The notes beneath the pieces were generated by a model. That model searched no databases. It was not told the DNA's origin and saw only the letters and a program-made list of their open reading frames with translations. From the IMG/VR virus record IMGVR_UViG_3300042868_007959, positions 62,001 through 126,000 of that record: a DNA stretch of 64,000 nucleotides; one strand, 5' to 3'. A program made the translations under genes and the position numbers. Every line of letters begins with the position of its first letter. The first letter of the stretch is position 1. Positions 17,080 to 27,678 of the stretch are shown piece by piece.

Positions 17080-18027
17080 TTACTTAATGTTTAGGAATGT
17101 TCCTGATCCACCTGCTACAGTAGTTGGTAATTTTCCATCCCATTTCTGAGCCTTTAAAAACTCAACGTATAAAGGTGTAATCTCTTTTTGTTTGAGTTTC
17201 ATTGTTAAGGCAGATGCTTGTGCATCAATCACTGATTTCGCAGAATCACCTCTAGCAATTGCAATTTTCTCAAACGCCTCTGCCTGTGCAACCAAAGTAC
17301 GTTGCTGAGCCGCCTGTGCCTCTTGTACCGCTTTAGTTTTACCTTCGATAGCTTTTTGTAGTGACTTAGGTGGGATAATATTAGTACGTAACTGAGATAC
17401 TGTAAACCACTTAGATACTCTTTTATTACACTCCACTATGATAGCTGATTCAAATTCTTCTCTTTTATTAAAGATTGCGTCAACTTCCCAACGATTGGCT
17501 ACATCATTAACAGATGATACGATAGCGTTCTTTAACCATCCCTGCTCAATCTCTTTAATGTCTAATCGAAGGTTGGTAAACATATCCCCAATCGCATCTT
17601 CTCTAAGTGAATAGTTAAAAGACGGTTTGATTGTTGCGGCAAACCCACCTTTTGTGATAACTTGTTGTGCATCGTACTCAATGTGTTGTTGAAACAGTGG
17701 GAATTCTTTTACTTGTTCCGTCCAATCGTTATAAACAACCCATCCTGTTTTGTACTGATACTTTGCAACACCTCTTTCAGAACCAGTTAAATTAACTTTA
17801 AGTCCTTTGTTACCCGCATCAATTCTCTCAATTGCGAATGGTTGTAATAATCCAACCAAAATCGATAAAAATAAAATTCCGATAGGTTTTACTAACCACT
17901 TTGAGTTAAAATTGTCACTATCATCACCCCATCGATCCTTTCCTGTAATATACATTACATCTTTTGTTGTAAACGCAGTAAATACTGCGACTAATAACCC
18001 AATAATAAAAATACTAAATCCAATCAT
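17080..18027 (-). CDS. SPFH/band-7/prohibitin domain membrane protein
   Basis: Two TM helices, RIDAGNKGLKV..., coiled-coil KTKAVQEAQAA, KWDGKLP tail. Confidence 0.88.
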   Translation of the reverse strand: MIGFSIFIIGLLVAVFTAFTTKDVMYITGKDRWGDDSDNFNSKWLVKPIGILFLSILVGLLQPFAIERIDAGNKGLKVNLTGSERGVAKYQYKTGWVVYNDWTEQVKEFPLFQQHIEYDAQQVITKGGFAATIKPSFNYSLREDAIGDMFTNLRLDIKEIEQGWLKNAIVSSVNDVANRWEVDAIFNKREEFESAIIVECNKRVSKWFTVSQLRTNIIPPKSLQKAIEGKTKAVQEAQAAQQRTLVAQAEAFEKIAIARGDSAKSVIDAQASALTMKLKQKEITPLYVEFLKAQKWDGKLPTTVAGGSGTFLNIK

Positions 18028-18218
18028 TTTTCTTTGTTTTTGTTTTTAAATAAAATACTTGCGGTTATGCCTACTAAATATATAAGGACTCCTACCAACC
18101 CGACAAACCCTAAAAGTTGGAGGTACCCGTTAACTTCTCTATTTACGATGTACTCACCGTAAAGTGATATGATTACTATAAAACCTAACCACATCAATAC
18201 TAATTTAAAATAATTCAT
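18024..18218 (-). CDS. Small membrane protein
   Basis: Two TM segments. Confidence 0.7.
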   Translation of the reverse strand: MNYFKLVLMWLGFIVIISLYGEYIVNREVNGYLQLLGFVGLVGVLIYLVGITASILFKNKNKEK

Positions 18219-18245
18219 TTTCTTTTTTTTACAAATATATGTTAT

Positions 18246-18581
18246 TTAATCCATAACTCCTAATTTATTTTCTAAAAAATAACATTCTTTTAAATCATAA
18301 AAAATTCCATTGGTTGATTCAATCTGAAATGTAGGCTGGAATGCCATATATTTTATCTCACCTTTAGACTCTGGTTTTTCCATTGTCCTAGTACCTTTAA
18401 CTGAATGATCCGCAATATATATTAATGACTTTTCTGTGTCTTCATCAAAAATAAAAGACTGTTGTACAGATATACGTTTGACTATACCTTTGGCTCTACC
18501 GTATTTACTTTTATAAACAAATTCTCTACCAACATACATCTCATTAAAGGTATCTCTTAATTTACTTAAATTTTCTTCCAT
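18246..18581 (-). CDS. Hypothetical protein
   Basis: ORF track. Confidence 0.7.
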   Translation of the reverse strand: MEENLSKLRDTFNEMYVGREFVYKSKYGRAKGIVKRISVQQSFIFDEDTEKSLIYIADHSVKGTRTMEKPESKGEIKYMAFQPTFQIESTNGIFYDLKECYFLENKLGVMD

Positions 18582-18584
18582 ATA

Positions 18585-18947
18585 TTATATTTTTTTTACT
18601 AATACTGATACTGTTCCGATATTTTTTTTAGATATCTTTTCAAAACAGGATAAACTCAAATCAATGTGTCTATTACCACCGTTACTAACATCAGTTATCT
18701 CAACGGTATCTATTTTATTATTTGTGGTGTTGGTTACTTTTAAAAGACTACCCTTTGTTATTCTGTCACCATATACCCTACCGACATTTAAATTCAGATC
18801 CCTTATTAAATCGTTACTTACTGCCGCAGTTGAGTGTTTTCGGTATACTTTTTTATGTTTAGTGGTATCATACCAAGTTGCCCTACATTTATATTCATTT
18901 GTAGTTAGTAACATTAATGTAGTACACATTATTAAAATTTTAATCAT
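18585..18947 (-). CDS. RlpA-like double-psi beta-barrel protein
   Basis: ATWY...TAA...GSLLKVTN...VEITD...RHIDLS; likely start MIKILI at 18947. Confidence 0.8.
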   Translation of the reverse strand: MIKILIMCTTLMLLTTNEYKCRATWYDTTKHKKVYRKHSTAAVSNDLIRDLNLNVGRVYGDRITKGSLLKVTNTTNNKIDTVEITDVSNGGNRHIDLSLSCFEKISKKNIGTVSVLVKKI

Positions 18948-19088
18948 ATATTTTTTTATGTTTAGATTTTCTATTATATAAATTTTTAGGTGTTTCTGAC
19001 CTAGATACAAAACGACCATCAAAAAATCCTGCCTCAATTTGTTGATAACGCATTTGAGTTCTTACCATTTTATGTTGATCATATTTTT

Positions 19089-19286
19089 TCATACTAATCT
19101 ATTATATATTTTAAATGACATAAAAAAAATATCTATGTAAAGAAAATTTTTACTAAAATTAATACCAAATAATGAATTATCCAAAGATCTATTAAAAATA
19201 TCCCCATCGTAATGGAATAAATGTAAAACAAAACCGTTCCAACTACTCCATTCACTACAAAATATTATAAAATTATTTATTTTCAT
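19089..19286 (-). CDS. Hypothetical protein
   Basis: ORF track. Confidence 0.55.
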   Translation of the reverse strand: MKINNFIIFCSEWSSWNGFVLHLFHYDGDIFNRSLDNSLFGINFSKNFLYIDIFFMSFKIYNRLV

Positions 19287-19878
19287 CCTTATCTATATTT
19301 AATTCACATCTAATTTTGTTTGAGGAGTTATCCTTTCTATGAGTGAAATGTGTATGAGAGTCAACTGTCATAGTATTTCTATCAGGATTATTCTTCCACT
19401 TTTCATGTCTTATAACTTGTACAATATCAAACGCCATTCTACAACTATCATCAACAGATGGGTGATGAATACCCCAAGAACCATTACTATTCATCGTTGT
19501 ATCATTTATTAATAAATTACGAGGTTGTACCAACATCATATCTACATTATCTCTAATTCTATGATACCTAGAATAATCGGTACTTAATTTAACATCCTTT
19601 AATTTCTTCCATTCTTTTTTATCACACCAACGATTCAATTTCTTATCAACTGAACCATTTATTAATGCCTTTCCGTTTTTGATTTCGAGAATTTCACCTT
19701 GTGGTGTTCTATCACCGACTTCAGGTTCTTTAGTAGGTCTACATACATCCTCCAAATATATTTCAAATGTAGGGTGTTCTTTTATAACGTTAAATTGTCC
19801 TATACCTACTCTAGAATAGAAATCTAACGCTTGTTGTACCAACCAAAGTTGTTCATCTGTTAATTCTAATTTATTCAT
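19273..19878 (-). CDS. Hypothetical protein
   Basis: ORF track; overlaps neighbours. Confidence 0.75.
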   Translation of the reverse strand: MNKLELTDEQLWLVQQALDFYSRVGIGQFNVIKEHPTFEIYLEDVCRPTKEPEVGDRTPQGEILEIKNGKALINGSVDKKLNRWCDKKEWKKLKDVKLSTDYSRYHRIRDNVDMMLVQPRNLLINDTTMNSNGSWGIHHPSVDDSCRMAFDIVQVIRHEKWKNNPDRNTMTVDSHTHFTHRKDNSSNKIRCELNIDKDENK

Positions 19879-20257
19879 CTTTTTTATATTTTAAATATTG
19901 TTTAACATATTCATATGTAGACTCAAATGAAAAACATATAGGGTTACCATTCTCATCGTGTGCACCATATGATTTTACAGGGTCTTTCTCAATTATTTTT
20001 CCAGTTTCTTTATCAAATGTAGGCATCGAAGACCAATCTTTAGTACCCCAATCATTCTCATATATAAACCAAGTAATCCAATCAATACCTTCATCTGTAT
20101 AATGAGAACTTAATGTTGCATTTAACATTCCTTCTACTTTGGTTTCCAATCGATATTTACCTTCAAAAAAATCAAAACCCATTCCGTATAACTCACTAAA
20201 ATCTTCACTTAGACTTTTATATGACATCAGTACCCCTAAAAATTCTTCGTATTTCAT
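19871..20257 (-). CDS. Hypothetical protein
   Basis: ORF track; WFIYENDWG motif. Confidence 0.75.
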   Translation of the reverse strand: MKYEEFLGVLMSYKSLSEDFSELYGMGFDFFEGKYRLETKVEGMLNATLSSHYTDEGIDWITWFIYENDWGTKDWSSMPTFDKETGKIIEKDPVKSYGAHDENGNPICFSFESTYEYVKQYLKYKKDE

Positions 20258-20538
20258 ATTAATTTTGTTTTTAACAATATTTTACCTTCACCTTCTTTAG
20301 ATCTTTCGATAGACTCAATCACTAAACCTTTTAAGTCTTCATGTATATATTCCATATCCATATCAACACTAATAAAAGGTCCACCAGATGGATCAATCGC
20401 ATGATAATTTAAAAAATTACCTTCTTCGTCCACATTGAATAGGTATCGGTAATAGTCACCACCCTTCATTTCAAACGTATCACCTTCTCTAATAAAAAGT
20501 ATTTCGTTTCTATATCTGTTTATAAATTTATATTCCAT
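20254..20538 (-). CDS. Hypothetical protein
   Basis: ORF track; DPSGGPFI motif. Confidence 0.75.
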   Translation of the reverse strand: MEYKFINRYRNEILFIREGDTFEMKGGDYYRYLFNVDEEGNFLNYHAIDPSGGPFISVDMDMEYIHEDLKGLVIESIERSKEGEGKILLKTKLI

Positions 20539-20557
20539 CTTTTTTATTTTTTATTAT

Positions 20558-21310
20558 TCATAAACCTCTTTCTTTCATTAAATCAACATATTCTTTTTGT
20601 TTCTCAATTAAAATATATTGTCTATTATTATTTTTTGCTGCTAGTCCTGTAGTCCCCGTTCCAGCAAAACAATCTAAAACAACCTCACCTTCTTTTGTTG
20701 TTAATAATAAACAAGTTTCAGGTAGGGCTATGGGAAATCCTCCGTGCCCATATTGTGATTTAGTTTCTTTTCTACCAAAATCATTTTTGGATACTTTATT
20801 ACCTTGATTAAATGGTATTTCCCAAACATTACCCACATTTTTTGTTTTGAAGATAGTAGGATTTTTATTATATGCTCCATCTTTATTTAAATCAACACCA
20901 GCCGATGTATGTCTTAACATAAACACATACTCAACCTGATTGGTTAATTGTCTATTAGAATTACAAGGTTGTTGATTAAATCTATACCATATTACCGTAT
21001 CGTGTAATTTATACATCAATTCTTCTGTTGCAATATTTAATATCTCAAATGCTCTAGTAGTTACTTCACTATCATTTATTACATTTAACCATAATGTTCC
21101 TGTTGGTTTAAGAACTCTCTTACATTCAATTAACCACTTCTTAGTCCATCTAATATATTGGGCATAAGAATTGAAATATGCTTCATAAGCAAATCCCTTC
21201 CAATAAGGAGGTGATGTGATAATACAATCAATACTACCATCCTTTAATTTTTTTAATTCTTCTATACAATCCCCTTCTATTATTGATTGGTGATTTACTT
21301 TTTTTTCCAT
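20558..21310 (-). CDS. N4-C/N6-A DNA methyltransferase (beta class)
   Basis: ITSPPY (motif IV) before VLDCFAGTGTT (motif I). Confidence 0.92.
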   Translation of the reverse strand: MEKKVNHQSIIEGDCIEELKKLKDGSIDCIITSPPYWKGFAYEAYFNSYAQYIRWTKKWLIECKRVLKPTGTLWLNVINDSEVTTRAFEILNIATEELMYKLHDTVIWYRFNQQPCNSNRQLTNQVEYVFMLRHTSAGVDLNKDGAYNKNPTIFKTKNVGNVWEIPFNQGNKVSKNDFGRKETKSQYGHGGFPIALPETCLLLTTKEGEVVLDCFAGTGTTGLAAKNNNRQYILIEKQKEYVDLMKERGL

Positions 21311-21480
21311 AATTACCTTTTATTTTTTAATTCTTCTTTTAATGATTCGTAAATATCAGTTAACAGATTTACATCATGTAATTTTTTTACAGTTTCCACT
21401 GTGTCTTGATTAACGGTTGAAGATATTAATACGTTATCTTCATCATCAAGTAGTTGTAGTTTAATTTTCATATTTTTTAA

Positions 21481-21861
21481 TTATCTATTTTTAAATTTTT
21501 CATATTCTTCATCACAAAGAGTTCTGTACCAACCAAGATCCTTTCTCAACTCACCTGGTTTTCCTGTTTCTTCACAAATTTCATAACTTTTTCTCTCTGC
21601 CTCAGTTATTTTTTTGAATATTTCATCACTACCTCCATTGATGTAGAATCTAAGTCCACCAAATTTTTCTTTTACTTGACAAGTTTGTTTATCCCAACCC
21701 AAAGTTATTAGATCTTCAATTAATTCCTTTATCAATTCAAACCAACCATTATTAACATCAAAAAAGTTACAATCTTTAATGGGTTCCCTATCTGAATAGA
21801 AACCGTTTTCTAATCCCCCAATGGAAACTAAAAATTCGTTCATTTGTTCATTAGTCATCAT
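21481..21861 (-). CDS. Conserved phage hypothetical protein
   Basis: GW...QVKEKFGGLRFY...CEETG motif. Confidence 0.8.
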   Translation of the reverse strand: MMTNEQMNEFLVSIGGLENGFYSDREPIKDCNFFDVNNGWFELIKELIEDLITLGWDKQTCQVKEKFGGLRFYINGGSDEIFKKITEAERKSYEICEETGKPGELRKDLGWYRTLCDEEYEKFKNR

Positions 21862-21876
21862 ATTTTTTATTTAAAG

Positions 21877-22167
21877 TTAAAGATTATTTTTGTCTTTGTC
21901 AAATTCATCTAGATTATCATACAATCCGTTTTCCTGATCCATTCTCATAATTTCGGATAGATGAAATTCTTGACATTTTTTCAAATCAATCCCATGATTT
22001 AATCCTGAAATAAAATCATCCTTTTCCCAACCAAAAGAACCCTCAGAGAAATATAACCCTAAAACTATACCTATCTCATTTCCTATATCAGAAGAATCCC
22101 CATTATCATATGGTAGGTTAGATAACCTTTCAGAAATTTCTTTACAAACTGTTAAAAAATCACTCAT
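21877..22167 (-). CDS. Hypothetical protein
   Basis: ORF track. Confidence 0.7.
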   Translation of the reverse strand: MSDFLTVCKEISERLSNLPYDNGDSSDIGNEIGIVLGLYFSEGSFGWEKDDFISGLNHGIDLKKCQEFHLSEIMRMDQENGLYDNLDEFDKDKNNL

Positions 22168-22264
22168 AACTTAATAAAAATTTCTACCACAATGAATCAT
22201 AGAATTAATTTTTTCTTTTTCTAAAAAATTAATGTAGTTAATTATCTTTTTTAGTATTTTCATA

Positions 22265-22525
22265 TCAAACAATTAATTTATCTATTACTATACCTTTTTC
22301 ATTTAATTCTTCGATTAAAAGTTCTAAGAATGAATCAACACCATCATATACGGTTGGTTTTTCATCTTTTTCCTCCATATCCTCAAATTTATAATATAAT
22401 TTTTTCTTTGTATTATAAACCATTTCCCACAATACCATCGCCATATCAGTTGATTTAGTCATCCTCTCAAATTCCATTCTATCATCGAAATCTGTTAAAT
22501 CAAATTCTAATTTTGCCTTACTCAT
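22265..22525 (-). CDS. Hypothetical protein
   Basis: ORF track. Confidence 0.75.
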   Translation of the reverse strand: MSKAKLEFDLTDFDDRMEFERMTKSTDMAMVLWEMVYNTKKKLYYKFEDMEEKDEKPTVYDGVDSFLELLIEELNEKGIVIDKLIV

Positions 22526-22536
22526 CGTTTTCCATT

Positions 22537-23085
22537 TTATATATTTAAAAATTTTATTATTCTTTCTTTAATCCCACTTTGTTTAATACCTTCTGTACTC
22601 TTAGGTGTCAACACAAAATTATCAAGTCCCCAATCTCTCCAATTCTCACCATTCTTACCCATATCCAAATCATCAACTGCAACCCAATGAGTTATTTCTG
22701 GATGATTATGTAGATATTGTTTTATTTCAATTGATCTAGTTTGTTCTAAATCCCATTGTGGTGACCACATAAAATTGTTTCCATGAACGGTACATTCACT
22801 TAACATCGGTGTTAAGTCTATTGGTGGTTTAATACCTCTAGTTATATACATTTCTTTCATTTGTTCTAATGTACCCCATCTTTTCCAGTCTGAAGAGATA
22901 ACTAATTCACATCCTGTTTCCTCAATAATTTTTTTGAGTACTTTAATTGCCTTATCGTCAAAATTATCCATTCTTACATCTAAAGGGGTTTCGGGATTAC
23001 TATCGTATCCTTTTTTCTTAAACCTACCTCCCCAGTTGTTTGCCAAACATATCACACCATCGTGATCTAAAAATATTACTTTCAT
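22537..23085 (-). CDS. HAD phosphatase, Swiss-Army-Knife RNA-repair type
   Basis: IFLDHDGV, VISSDW, R..EI..YL, WVAVDD. Confidence 0.85.
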   Translation of the reverse strand: MKVIFLDHDGVICLANNWGGRFKKKGYDSNPETPLDVRMDNFDDKAIKVLKKIIEETGCELVISSDWKRWGTLEQMKEMYITRGIKPPIDLTPMLSECTVHGNNFMWSPQWDLEQTRSIEIKQYLHNHPEITHWVAVDDLDMGKNGENWRDWGLDNFVLTPKSTEGIKQSGIKERIIKFLNI

Positions 23086-23086
23086 A

Positions 23087-23524
23087 TTAAACTGTGTGTT
23101 CTATTTGTACTCTTACACAATCTTGTGGTAGTCTATGTAAGTGTAAGTAATTATTTATATAACCCATAATATTTGCACTACCAACTGCGTTAGCGGAATG
23201 AGTTACTACTCTAACAACTGTCTTACCATCCAGCCATTGATTAACTAACCATTTGGCACAATCGTATCCAGTCTTTTCTGTAATGTTATCATAGTTGATT
23301 GTATAATTCTTAACTACACCATAATGCCATTCCTGCATTGCAGAATCACCCAAATCGTGATCTAATGAAATTAGATCAATGTTATCCAATCCTACCGTAT
23401 TTACTTTTTGGACGAACTCATCATAAGAACGAACAACTGTCCATTCCTCAATACCATCAACCCATTCATTATTAGGACTTAACGGTGTCCTAACGTCATC
23501 TAAATATATTCTATACTTTTCCAT
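23087..23524 (-). CDS. Cyclic-phosphate-processing receiver-like domain protein
   Basis: IYLDDVRTP, ISLDHDLG, TGYDCAKWL, HSAN.VG. Confidence 0.8.
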   Translation of the reverse strand: MEKYRIYLDDVRTPLSPNNEWVDGIEEWTVVRSYDEFVQKVNTVGLDNIDLISLDHDLGDSAMQEWHYGVVKNYTINYDNITEKTGYDCAKWLVNQWLDGKTVVRVVTHSANAVGSANIMGYINNYLHLHRLPQDCVRVQIEHTV

Positions 23525-23533
23525 ATTTTTTAT

Positions 23534-23842
23534 TTATAAATTTATTTTATTATCCAAACAATATTTTATTATGTATTCCCTCAAATTAACTATAGATTCT
23601 TTAAAATCAATTTTTTCGAAATCATTCGACCATCTTTCAGACTTTTTATCATCCTCTAATAATTCAAAACAACTTTTATTAATTTCAGAAATAAGTTGTT
23701 TTAATATAATAGTTTGATCACTTTTTTGTTTATTTTCAACAACCTCATCCTCCAATTCCCTACAATAATCGATCAAACTATCAACTGGTTCTAAATCCAT
23801 TAAATGTTCATTACCTTTGAATATCTGATTTATTGATCTCAT
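23534..23842 (-). CDS. Hypothetical protein
   Basis: ORF track. Confidence 0.7.
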   Translation of the reverse strand: MRSINQIFKGNEHLMDLEPVDSLIDYCRELEDEVVENKQKSDQTIILKQLISEINKSCFELLEDDKKSERWSNDFEKIDFKESIVNLREYIIKYCLDNKINL

Positions 23843-24531
23843 AGAAATACTATTTCATTAGTAAACATATCCCATTCTACATTAACGGGTTTATTTCTGA
23901 ATTCATATCTACCATTAAGAACTGCCGCATTTATATAGTGAGTATTACCATCGAATACATAACCATAACCTTCGTGAATATGTCCAAATATATGTATTTT
24001 AGGTTTCATATCCTCCACAACTTTTAATAGTTCTTCACAACCAACATTTACATTATCATAATAAACATAATCTAATTTACCGTATGGTGGACCATGTGTG
24101 ATAAGTATATCAGTATCTTTAGGAATCATATCCCATTTTTCTTTTATCTTTTCACCTCTAGGTAGATTAAATGCCCAATTATGGAACTCTGGTTGCCAAG
24201 GTGATCCATAAATAACTAATTGTTGATCTTCTTCATCATACAGATCCAATCTTTCGTCTTGAAGGTACTCAATAGTTTTATATCCTGTTAATAAACCTCT
24301 TATTTTTTCGTTATCATCTTGAAACCCAAAATCATGATTACCCGCAATAAATACTTTGGTATCATAATTATCTATTTCATCAAACCACTTCATAAAGTTT
24401 TCAATCTCTGTTATATATCCCCTACTAGTGATGTCACCACCACAAATAAGTAAATCACCACCAGGAAGAAAATCTTTTATCTGTAAATGTTTGGTGTGTG
24501 TATCACTAATAAATGTTATCTTTTTTTTCAT
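23839..24531 (-). CDS. Metallophosphoesterase (MPPED/239FB-like)
   Basis: SDTH, GGDIT, AGNHD, YGSPW, THGPP, FGHIHE. Confidence 0.92.
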   Translation of the reverse strand: MKKKITFISDTHTKHLQIKDFLPGGDLLICGGDITSRGYITEIENFMKWFDEIDNYDTKVFIAGNHDFGFQDDNEKIRGLLTGYKTIEYLQDERLDLYDEEDQQLVIYGSPWQPEFHNWAFNLPRGEKIKEKWDMIPKDTDILITHGPPYGKLDYVYYDNVNVGCEELLKVVEDMKPKIHIFGHIHEGYGYVFDGNTHYINAAVLNGRYEFRNKPVNVEWDMFTNEIVFL

Positions 24532-24533
24532 AC

Positions 24534-25277
24534 CTACTTCTTTTTAAATTGTTCAAACCATTCTTTAAATGCTCCAAAGTATTTGAATTCTTTTTCACCA
24601 AATGTATATGCAGCTCTTACCATTTTTTCAACTTCTTCCTCACTATACATTCTTTCAGCTTGCCATTTAGCACCTTCAATAAAACACTCTTTTGATGCAT
24701 CACATATATCAATACCATTTATAACATAAACTCCTTCAATATATCTTTTCTTAGCTGCTTCTTCAAGTGTTTCTTGTTTAGGTCCAGTATTACAAGTGCA
24801 AATATCCTTAATACAACCATACTCTTTTATATGTTCGCATTCTTGTTTAGGTTCTTCTTGTGGAATGATGATTTTGTATCCCACAAAAGGTTCAACCGTA
24901 AAATCAGAATATCTTTTCTGAACAGAAACGTGCTCACAACTCGGATTCTTAACAAACCATTGTAAAAAAGTATCATCAATAACTTGTACACCATCTTTGA
25001 TTAAGTCTTGGTCGGTTGTTAGGATGATTTTTTTAAAAGTAATATCTTCAAATTGAGTATCAATAAATGAATACTTTTGTACGTTACCACCCCCCTTATA
25101 AAGAGAACTAATCTTAACAACCCAATCATCTTCTTTAATTTCTTCATCAGAAGTGATATAGATGTTTTGATATTCTGAACCATTATAAAAATCAAAGTTC
25201 CTAGTAAGTTTTAATTCACCACTCACTTTAAATAACCTACTTGGTTTATCTGTTGGTACTAAATGTATGTTTTTCAT
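24534..25277 (-). CDS. Hypothetical modular phage protein
   Basis: KQETLEEAA...YSEEEV...WFEQFKKK tail paralogous to 33796-34017. Confidence 0.75.
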   Translation of the reverse strand: MKNIHLVPTDKPSRLFKVSGELKLTRNFDFYNGSEYQNIYITSDEEIKEDDWVVKISSLYKGGGNVQKYSFIDTQFEDITFKKIILTTDQDLIKDGVQVIDDTFLQWFVKNPSCEHVSVQKRYSDFTVEPFVGYKIIIPQEEPKQECEHIKEYGCIKDICTCNTGPKQETLEEAAKKRYIEGVYVINGIDICDASKECFIEGAKWQAERMYSEEEVEKMVRAAYTFGEKEFKYFGAFKEWFEQFKKK

Positions 25278-25278
25278 A

Positions 25279-25779
25279 TCAAATCTTTCTAAGTATTAAA
25301 CAACCATCTGAATCAAGTTTTGGATTACCTGTAGTTATACACTCACCTTTTCTGTTTACACCATCACAAGTAGGATCTAAACATTCTTCAACTATCTCAA
25401 CATCCCATTCAGTTTGTTGTAGTGATGTAATATATTCACCCAATGTTTCCTTATGATCTTGAAACTTTAATGCCTTGTTCCAACAATTCATCATATCTTC
25501 TAAAGTGAATAATTTATTTTTATTCAATTCGATTGATTTTTGGAATCCTTGTTTGAATGATCCGTAGTTATCTCCAACCTCATTATTATTGTTTGACCAT
25601 TTATGACTATTCACGTCAATCCATTCTTCAGCCAACTCATCCAAATCATAACCACGCTCAATTGATTCACAGTTTTTAACAGATAACCTAGCATAAGGTG
25701 CGTTCTCATCTGTAGCATACATAATGTTGTTTACTAATAGCATCCAACCATTATCTAATTTATTTAGTTTTGTTTTCAT
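25279..25779 (-). CDS. Hypothetical protein
   Basis: ORF track. Confidence 0.72.
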   Translation of the reverse strand: MKTKLNKLDNGWMLLVNNIMYATDENAPYARLSVKNCESIERGYDLDELAEEWIDVNSHKWSNNNNEVGDNYGSFKQGFQKSIELNKNKLFTLEDMMNCWNKALKFQDHKETLGEYITSLQQTEWDVEIVEECLDPTCDGVNRKGECITTGNPKLDSDGCLILRKI

Positions 25780-26155
25780 ACCTTTTAATTTTTTCTAACT
25801 CTTCCTTCAATACATCAACTTCGTATTCCCATTTTTCCATATCATAAAGATGATCATTATATTGACATCTTTTGACATTGAACTCCATAATATAGAGTTC
25901 TCTTTCTACGTCTTTTATAGTTCTTTTATTCATAATGTTTAACCAAAAAAACCACCAAAGTATAAAATAGAAGTATAAATTAAAACACTGATAAATGTCA
26001 CAAAAAAATCATGATCACCAGTTTTTGGTTTACCGTGCAAGTGTGCACCGAATAATAAGTTTGTCCCCAAAAGTATTATCATTAAAATTTGACTCATTCC
26101 CATATTAAAATTTTAGTTAATACAAAACTAATAATTATTTTCCAATAAAACAAAT

Positions 26156-26536
26156 TTATTTGAATTTACCAACTGGACATTCATCAATAAGTTGTTTTAG
26201 TTTGTCTTTTAACTTGTTGAACTCTTTTCTACCTTTTATCAATGTTTTACACTTTGGATAAAATCGTATTGTGTCTTCAAATTTTTCAGTTTCAATTTCA
26301 AAATCAAAAATAATATTTTCAATATTCTTATAATACCCAATATCAATATCAAACCAAGGAAAGTTTTCACCCCAATTTTTATGTCCCCAACAAGATTGTG
26401 TTGTCCCAATGTTGTTATAATTCAATAAAACAATTAATTCTCTAATACCCTCATCAATACCACAACCCAATCCATCGGTAATTATTTTTGATTTCTCATC
26501 TATTTTTTTATATCTATCATTCATAGGATAAAACAA
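26156..26536 (-). CDS. Hypothetical protein
   Basis: IDEGI...LN...TTQSCWGH motif. Confidence 0.72.
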   Translation of the reverse strand: MFYPMNDRYKKIDEKSKIITDGLGCGIDEGIRELIVLLNYNNIGTTQSCWGHKNWGENFPWFDIDIGYYKNIENIIFDFEIETEKFEDTIRFYPKCKTLIKGRKEFNKLKDKLKQLIDECPVGKFK

Positions 26537-26551
26537 ATTAATAACTAAAAA

Positions 26552-26603
26552 TATAACAAATGATAAACAACATTAAAACGATTGTTTATCATCGGACGTT
26601 ATA
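26552..26603. repeat. attC-like inverted-repeat element 1
   Basis: TATAAC-AA-ATGATAAACAA...TTGTTTATCAT-CGGAC-GTTATA; identical to 28580-28631. Confidence 0.7.
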
Positions 26604-26628
26604 ACCAATACTACGAAAGTGTTCCAAA

Positions 26629-26826
26629 TTAAGTTTTTTCAAGTAATGAATTATCCAATTCTATATCTAAACCAAATAGTGATTTTTCAATTACTTCACG
26701 TATTGTTAATGTTGGTTCATCTTTCATAATATTTAAACAAACTAACATTAACTCATTTGTTCTATCAGTTTGATTGGTGAATTTAATCACATAATCAATA
26801 AATTTTAAATCATCAAAATGTTTCAT
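26629..26826 (-). CDS. Hypothetical protein
   Basis: ORF track. Confidence 0.6.
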   Translation of the reverse strand: MKHFDDLKFIDYVIKFTNQTDRTNELMLVCLNIMKDEPTLTIREVIEKSLFGLDIELDNSLLEKT

Positions 26827-26828
26827 AA

Positions 26829-27197
26829 TTAATTAAGTATTATTTCACCACACATTCTTTCATTATTTATAAATTCCTCACCATCAAACAATTTATCACT
26901 GAATTTAACACCAGCACCAATAATTTCACCTTCTTTTCTTTGAATAAAATGTTTTAATTCAAAAATATCATTACGATAAATAAAGATTCTATCAATCTCA
27001 TTTTCAAAAATAACATCATATTTATCATCAAAAATACTTGTATCAACAATGTCTAATAAACTAGTTGGTATTTTTATAATATTTTGTCCATTCATTAAAC
27101 ACGCTTTACTGATTTGTGCCGAAATTTGATTTGATTTAGTTAGTAATAACTGTGATGTTATCTCACCAGTTAATTTAATTTTCCAAGATGTTTCCAT
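26829..27197 (-). CDS. Hypothetical protein
   Basis: ORF track; own TATATTTG promoter upstream. Confidence 0.7.
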   Translation of the reverse strand: METSWKIKLTGEITSQLLLTKSNQISAQISKACLMNGQNIIKIPTSLLDIVDTSIFDDKYDVIFENEIDRIFIYRNDIFELKHFIQRKEGEIIGAGVKFSDKLFDGEEFINNERMCGEIILN

Positions 27198-27297
27198 AAT
27201 TTTTCTTTTTTTTTTACAAATATACTAATTATTTTTCATTTAATCAAGTTTTATCTTAAAATCACCGTACTGGTTATAACCAATACTACTTTTGTTC

Positions 27298-27678
27298 TTA
27301 GATGTTAGTATCTGAGTTAAAACTTTTTAAAATTTCTTGACATTTCCTCCAAGAAAAACAATCTTCACCCTCATAAAACCAATCATCAGTTTTAAAATTT
27401 GGATGTTTCTTATCATTATCATACTCTTCACCAAAATCTCTGGTTAATGAATATACCTCATTGTTAATAATTAAAGTAACTGTCATAGTACCAATCCACG
27501 CACCTTTCATATATTCATCTTCAATGATCCTATTGGTTGATGTTACGTTAACTGAATCTGGTTCGTGTTTGAATATGACTTTAAAATCATCTTTTATCAT
27601 AGTTTCCAGTGATTGTGGGGAACCTTCCATTAACCCATATAATCTACTTACAATAAATTCTTTGTATTTGTTTTCCAT
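27298..27678 (-). CDS. Hypothetical protein
   Basis: ORF track. Confidence 0.7.
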   Translation of the reverse strand: MENKYKEFIVSRLYGLMEGSPQSLETMIKDDFKVIFKHEPDSVNVTSTNRIIEDEYMKGAWIGTMTVTLIINNEVYSLTRDFGEEYDNDKKHPNFKTDDWFYEGEDCFSWRKCQEILKSFNSDTNI

